DNA of 60,916 bases, taken from assembly GCA_964619815.1 (NCBI GenBank), contig CAZUGK010000001.1:22878-83793 (forward strand). The letters run 5' to 3'. The DNA is from an uncultured Clostridiaceae bacterium. Lineage in GTDB: Bacteria > Bacillota > Clostridia > Lutisporales > Lutisporaceae. The notes below the pieces were generated by a model that was not told the DNA's origin, did no database searches, and saw only the letters and a program-made list of their open reading frames with translations. How positions within the stretch are numbered: the stretch's first letter is position 1; each line of letters starts with the position of its first letter. The translations under genes and the position numbers were made by a program. Below are positions 59,333 to 60,916 of this stretch, piece after piece.

Positions 59333-60412
59333 ATGAGAAAACGTGTTGTCATAGGTATGAGCGGCGGAGTTGACAGCTCTGTCGCTGCTTATCTCTTAAA
59401 ACAGCAGGGTTATGATGTAATTGGAGTTACAATGCAGATCTGGCAGGACAAGAGCAAGGAAGCCTTTGAAAGGGAAGGCGGCTGTTGCTCTTTATCTGCT
59501 GTGGAAGATGCCAGAAGGGTATGCGCGAAAATTGACATACCCTTTTATGTTATGAACTTCAAACAGATATTCGAAAAGATGGTTATCGATTATTTTGTTG
59601 ATGAATATCTTGAAGGAAGGACTCCAAATCCGTGCATAGCCTGCAATAAATTTATAAAATTCGATGCACTGCTGGAACGTTCGAAGGCTTTGGAAGCTGA
59701 ATATGTTGCAACAGGCCATTACGCAAGAATCTTATATGACGAAGAATGCAAGAGGTATATAATAAAAAAATCTGCTGCTCCCCTGAAGGATCAGACTTAT
59801 GTGCTGTACAACCTTACACAGGATCAGCTAAGCCACATACTCATGCCTCTCGGAGATTACAATAAGGAGCAGGTCAGAGAAATTGCAAGGGAGCTTGACC
59901 TGAGAACAGCAAACAAGCCTGAGAGCCAGGAAATCTGCTTTGTAGAGGACAACGACTATGGCAGATTCATAAGCGAAAGAAGAGGCGGGGATATCAAGCC
60001 GGGGTATTTTGTTGATACTCACGGAAGAAGGCTTGGTACTCACAAGGGAATAGCCCATTATACTGTAGGACAGCGCAAAGGCCTGGGAATAGCCTTGGGG
60101 AAGCCTATGTATGTGGTGGAAATAATACCCGATAAAAACCTTGTAGTTCTTGGAGATGAGTCAGAAGTATTCAGCAAGGAGCTTACTGCCTCACAGATGA
60201 ATTACATCACTTTTGAAAAGCTGGAGGGACCGATTTCGGTAAAAGCTAAAATAAGGTACAGCGCAAAGGAAGCAGAGGCAACCGTCACACCAATTGACGA
60301 TGACAGAGTCAAAGTGGTATTTGAACAGCCTCAGAGGGCGATAACTCCGGGGCAGGCAGTGGTGTTCTACCAGGATGATATCCTTGTAGGAGGCGGAACC
60401 ATTATAAAGTAG
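59333..60412 (+). CDS. mnmA: tRNA 2-thiouridine(34) synthase MnmA
   Basis: [17 protein letters not shown]-loop, NPCIACN, ATGHYAR, KDQTYVL, QEICF. Confidence 0.96.
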   Translation: MRKRVVIGMSGGVDSSVAAYLLKQQGYDVIGVTMQIWQDKSKEAFEREGGCCSLSAVEDARRVCAKIDIPFYVMNFKQIFEKMVIDYFVDEYLEGRTPNPCIACNKFIKFDALLERSKALEAEYVATGHYARILYDEECKRYIIKKSAAPLKDQTYVLYNLTQDQLSHILMPLGDYNKEQVREIARELDLRTANKPESQEICFVEDNDYGRFISERRGGDIKPGYFVDTHGRRLGTHKGIAHYTVGQRKGLGIALGKPMYVVEIIPDKNLVVLGDESEVFSKELTASQMNYITFEKLEGPISVKAKIRYSAKEAEATVTPIDDDRVKVVFEQPQRAITPGQAVVFYQDDILVGGGTIIK

Positions 60413-60420
60413 TTTGATTT

Positions 60421-60463
60421 TTCGAAGGCATTATTGATTTTAATTAATGCCTTCGAATTTTTT
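60421..60463 (+). terminator. Terminator after mnmA (its stem carries the TTCGAAGGCATT word)
   Basis: TTCGAAGGCATTA (60421-60433) / TAATGCCTTCGAA (60445-60457), 13-bp perfect stem, T6 tail. The stop of the convergent - strand gene lies in the loop. Confidence 0.85.
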
Positions 60464-60916
60464 CACTGCAAGTACGGCTTTTTTTACAAACTCCTTATGT
60501 TTCTTCTGAAGATTTTCATTAATGGGTTTATCATTGTAAATATCATCAAGGCATTCACTTGTCATAACACTGTCATAATCTGTGGGGAAATCATAAAAAT
60601 TCAAAAGTATTAGTATCTGATTGATGTATCTCAGTCTGTTTCCGATATTTATTATTTTATAACGTACCGTATTCTTTGGTTCCAGATATACAAATTTGTT
60701 CTCCAAAACCCTCACACCACTTATCCATGAAGGCCAGGCATTAATATAACTGTCCTCGAGGCATTCAATACTGCTTTCTTCTTCAAGGCTCCATCCGACA
60801 CTTCTATCCTTCCAGCATATAAGGCAATCCAAGGAGTTTTTGTCTCTTTTGAAGCCTATAAGATCAGTCTTGAAGCTACTGGTGCTGTTTTTAAAAGTTT
60901 TAGGAAGCCGGTACAG
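60440..60916 (-). CDS. Hypothetical protein, N-terminus beyond window edge
   Basis: The reading frame stays open from 60832 to the window end (28 further codons with no stop), so the TTG start in the ORF track is probably internal. No family recognised. Confidence 0.5.
   Translation of the reverse strand: MYRLPKTFKNSTSSFKTDLIGFKRDKNSLDCLICWKDRSVGWSLEEESSIECLEDSYINAWPSWISGVRVLENKFVYLEPKNTVRYKIINIGNRLRYINQILILLNFYDFPTDYDSVMTSECLDDIYNDKPINENLQKKHKEFVKKAVLAVKKFEGIN

Overview
This 60.9-kb window looks like chromosome from a low-GC, spore-forming Clostridia-type Firmicute, with nearly all genes on the + strand. The first ~31 kb and the last ~4 kb are conserved housekeeping genes: bofC-like, ruvCAB, queH, spoIID-like, queA, tgt, yajC, a SCIFF peptide, secDF, recJ, apt, relA, dtd, hemZ, T-box-aspS, tcdA, trxA, glyA, and at the end iscR-nifS-iscU-mnmA. 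The middle (29.7-41.5 kb) is a complete oxidative ornithine (Stickland-type) degradation locus: two ord copies, then ortA, ortB, oraS, oraE, a reactivase-like gene and orr. Beside it sits a PAS/sigma-54 activator, and a textbook -24/-12 promoter with three upstream palindromes can be read directly from the sequence. An accessory-looking block (45.5-56.9 kb) holds two unknown proteins, a tiny redox protein, four copies of an unclassified GT-A-like glycosyltransferase domain and nucleotide-sugar enzymes, but no membrane export or priming genes. Three things deserve most attention. (1) Four dispersed, sense-oriented intergenic elements share a CTTCGAAGG-type core. They are flanked by tandem 7-nt repeats whose sequence differs between copies, while the two arms stay complementary. 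I cannot assign them to any named repeat or RNA family. (2) Two genes have an in-frame TGA exactly at the first Cys of a CxxC motif, each followed by a GG-loop hairpin, so both are candidate selenoproteins. One is RseC-like, the other DUF1858-like. (3) The glycosylation island has no exporter and has a sigma-K-like promoter, which suggests a spore-surface maturation module. All protein family assignments come from reading the translations and recalling motifs. No database searches were run.
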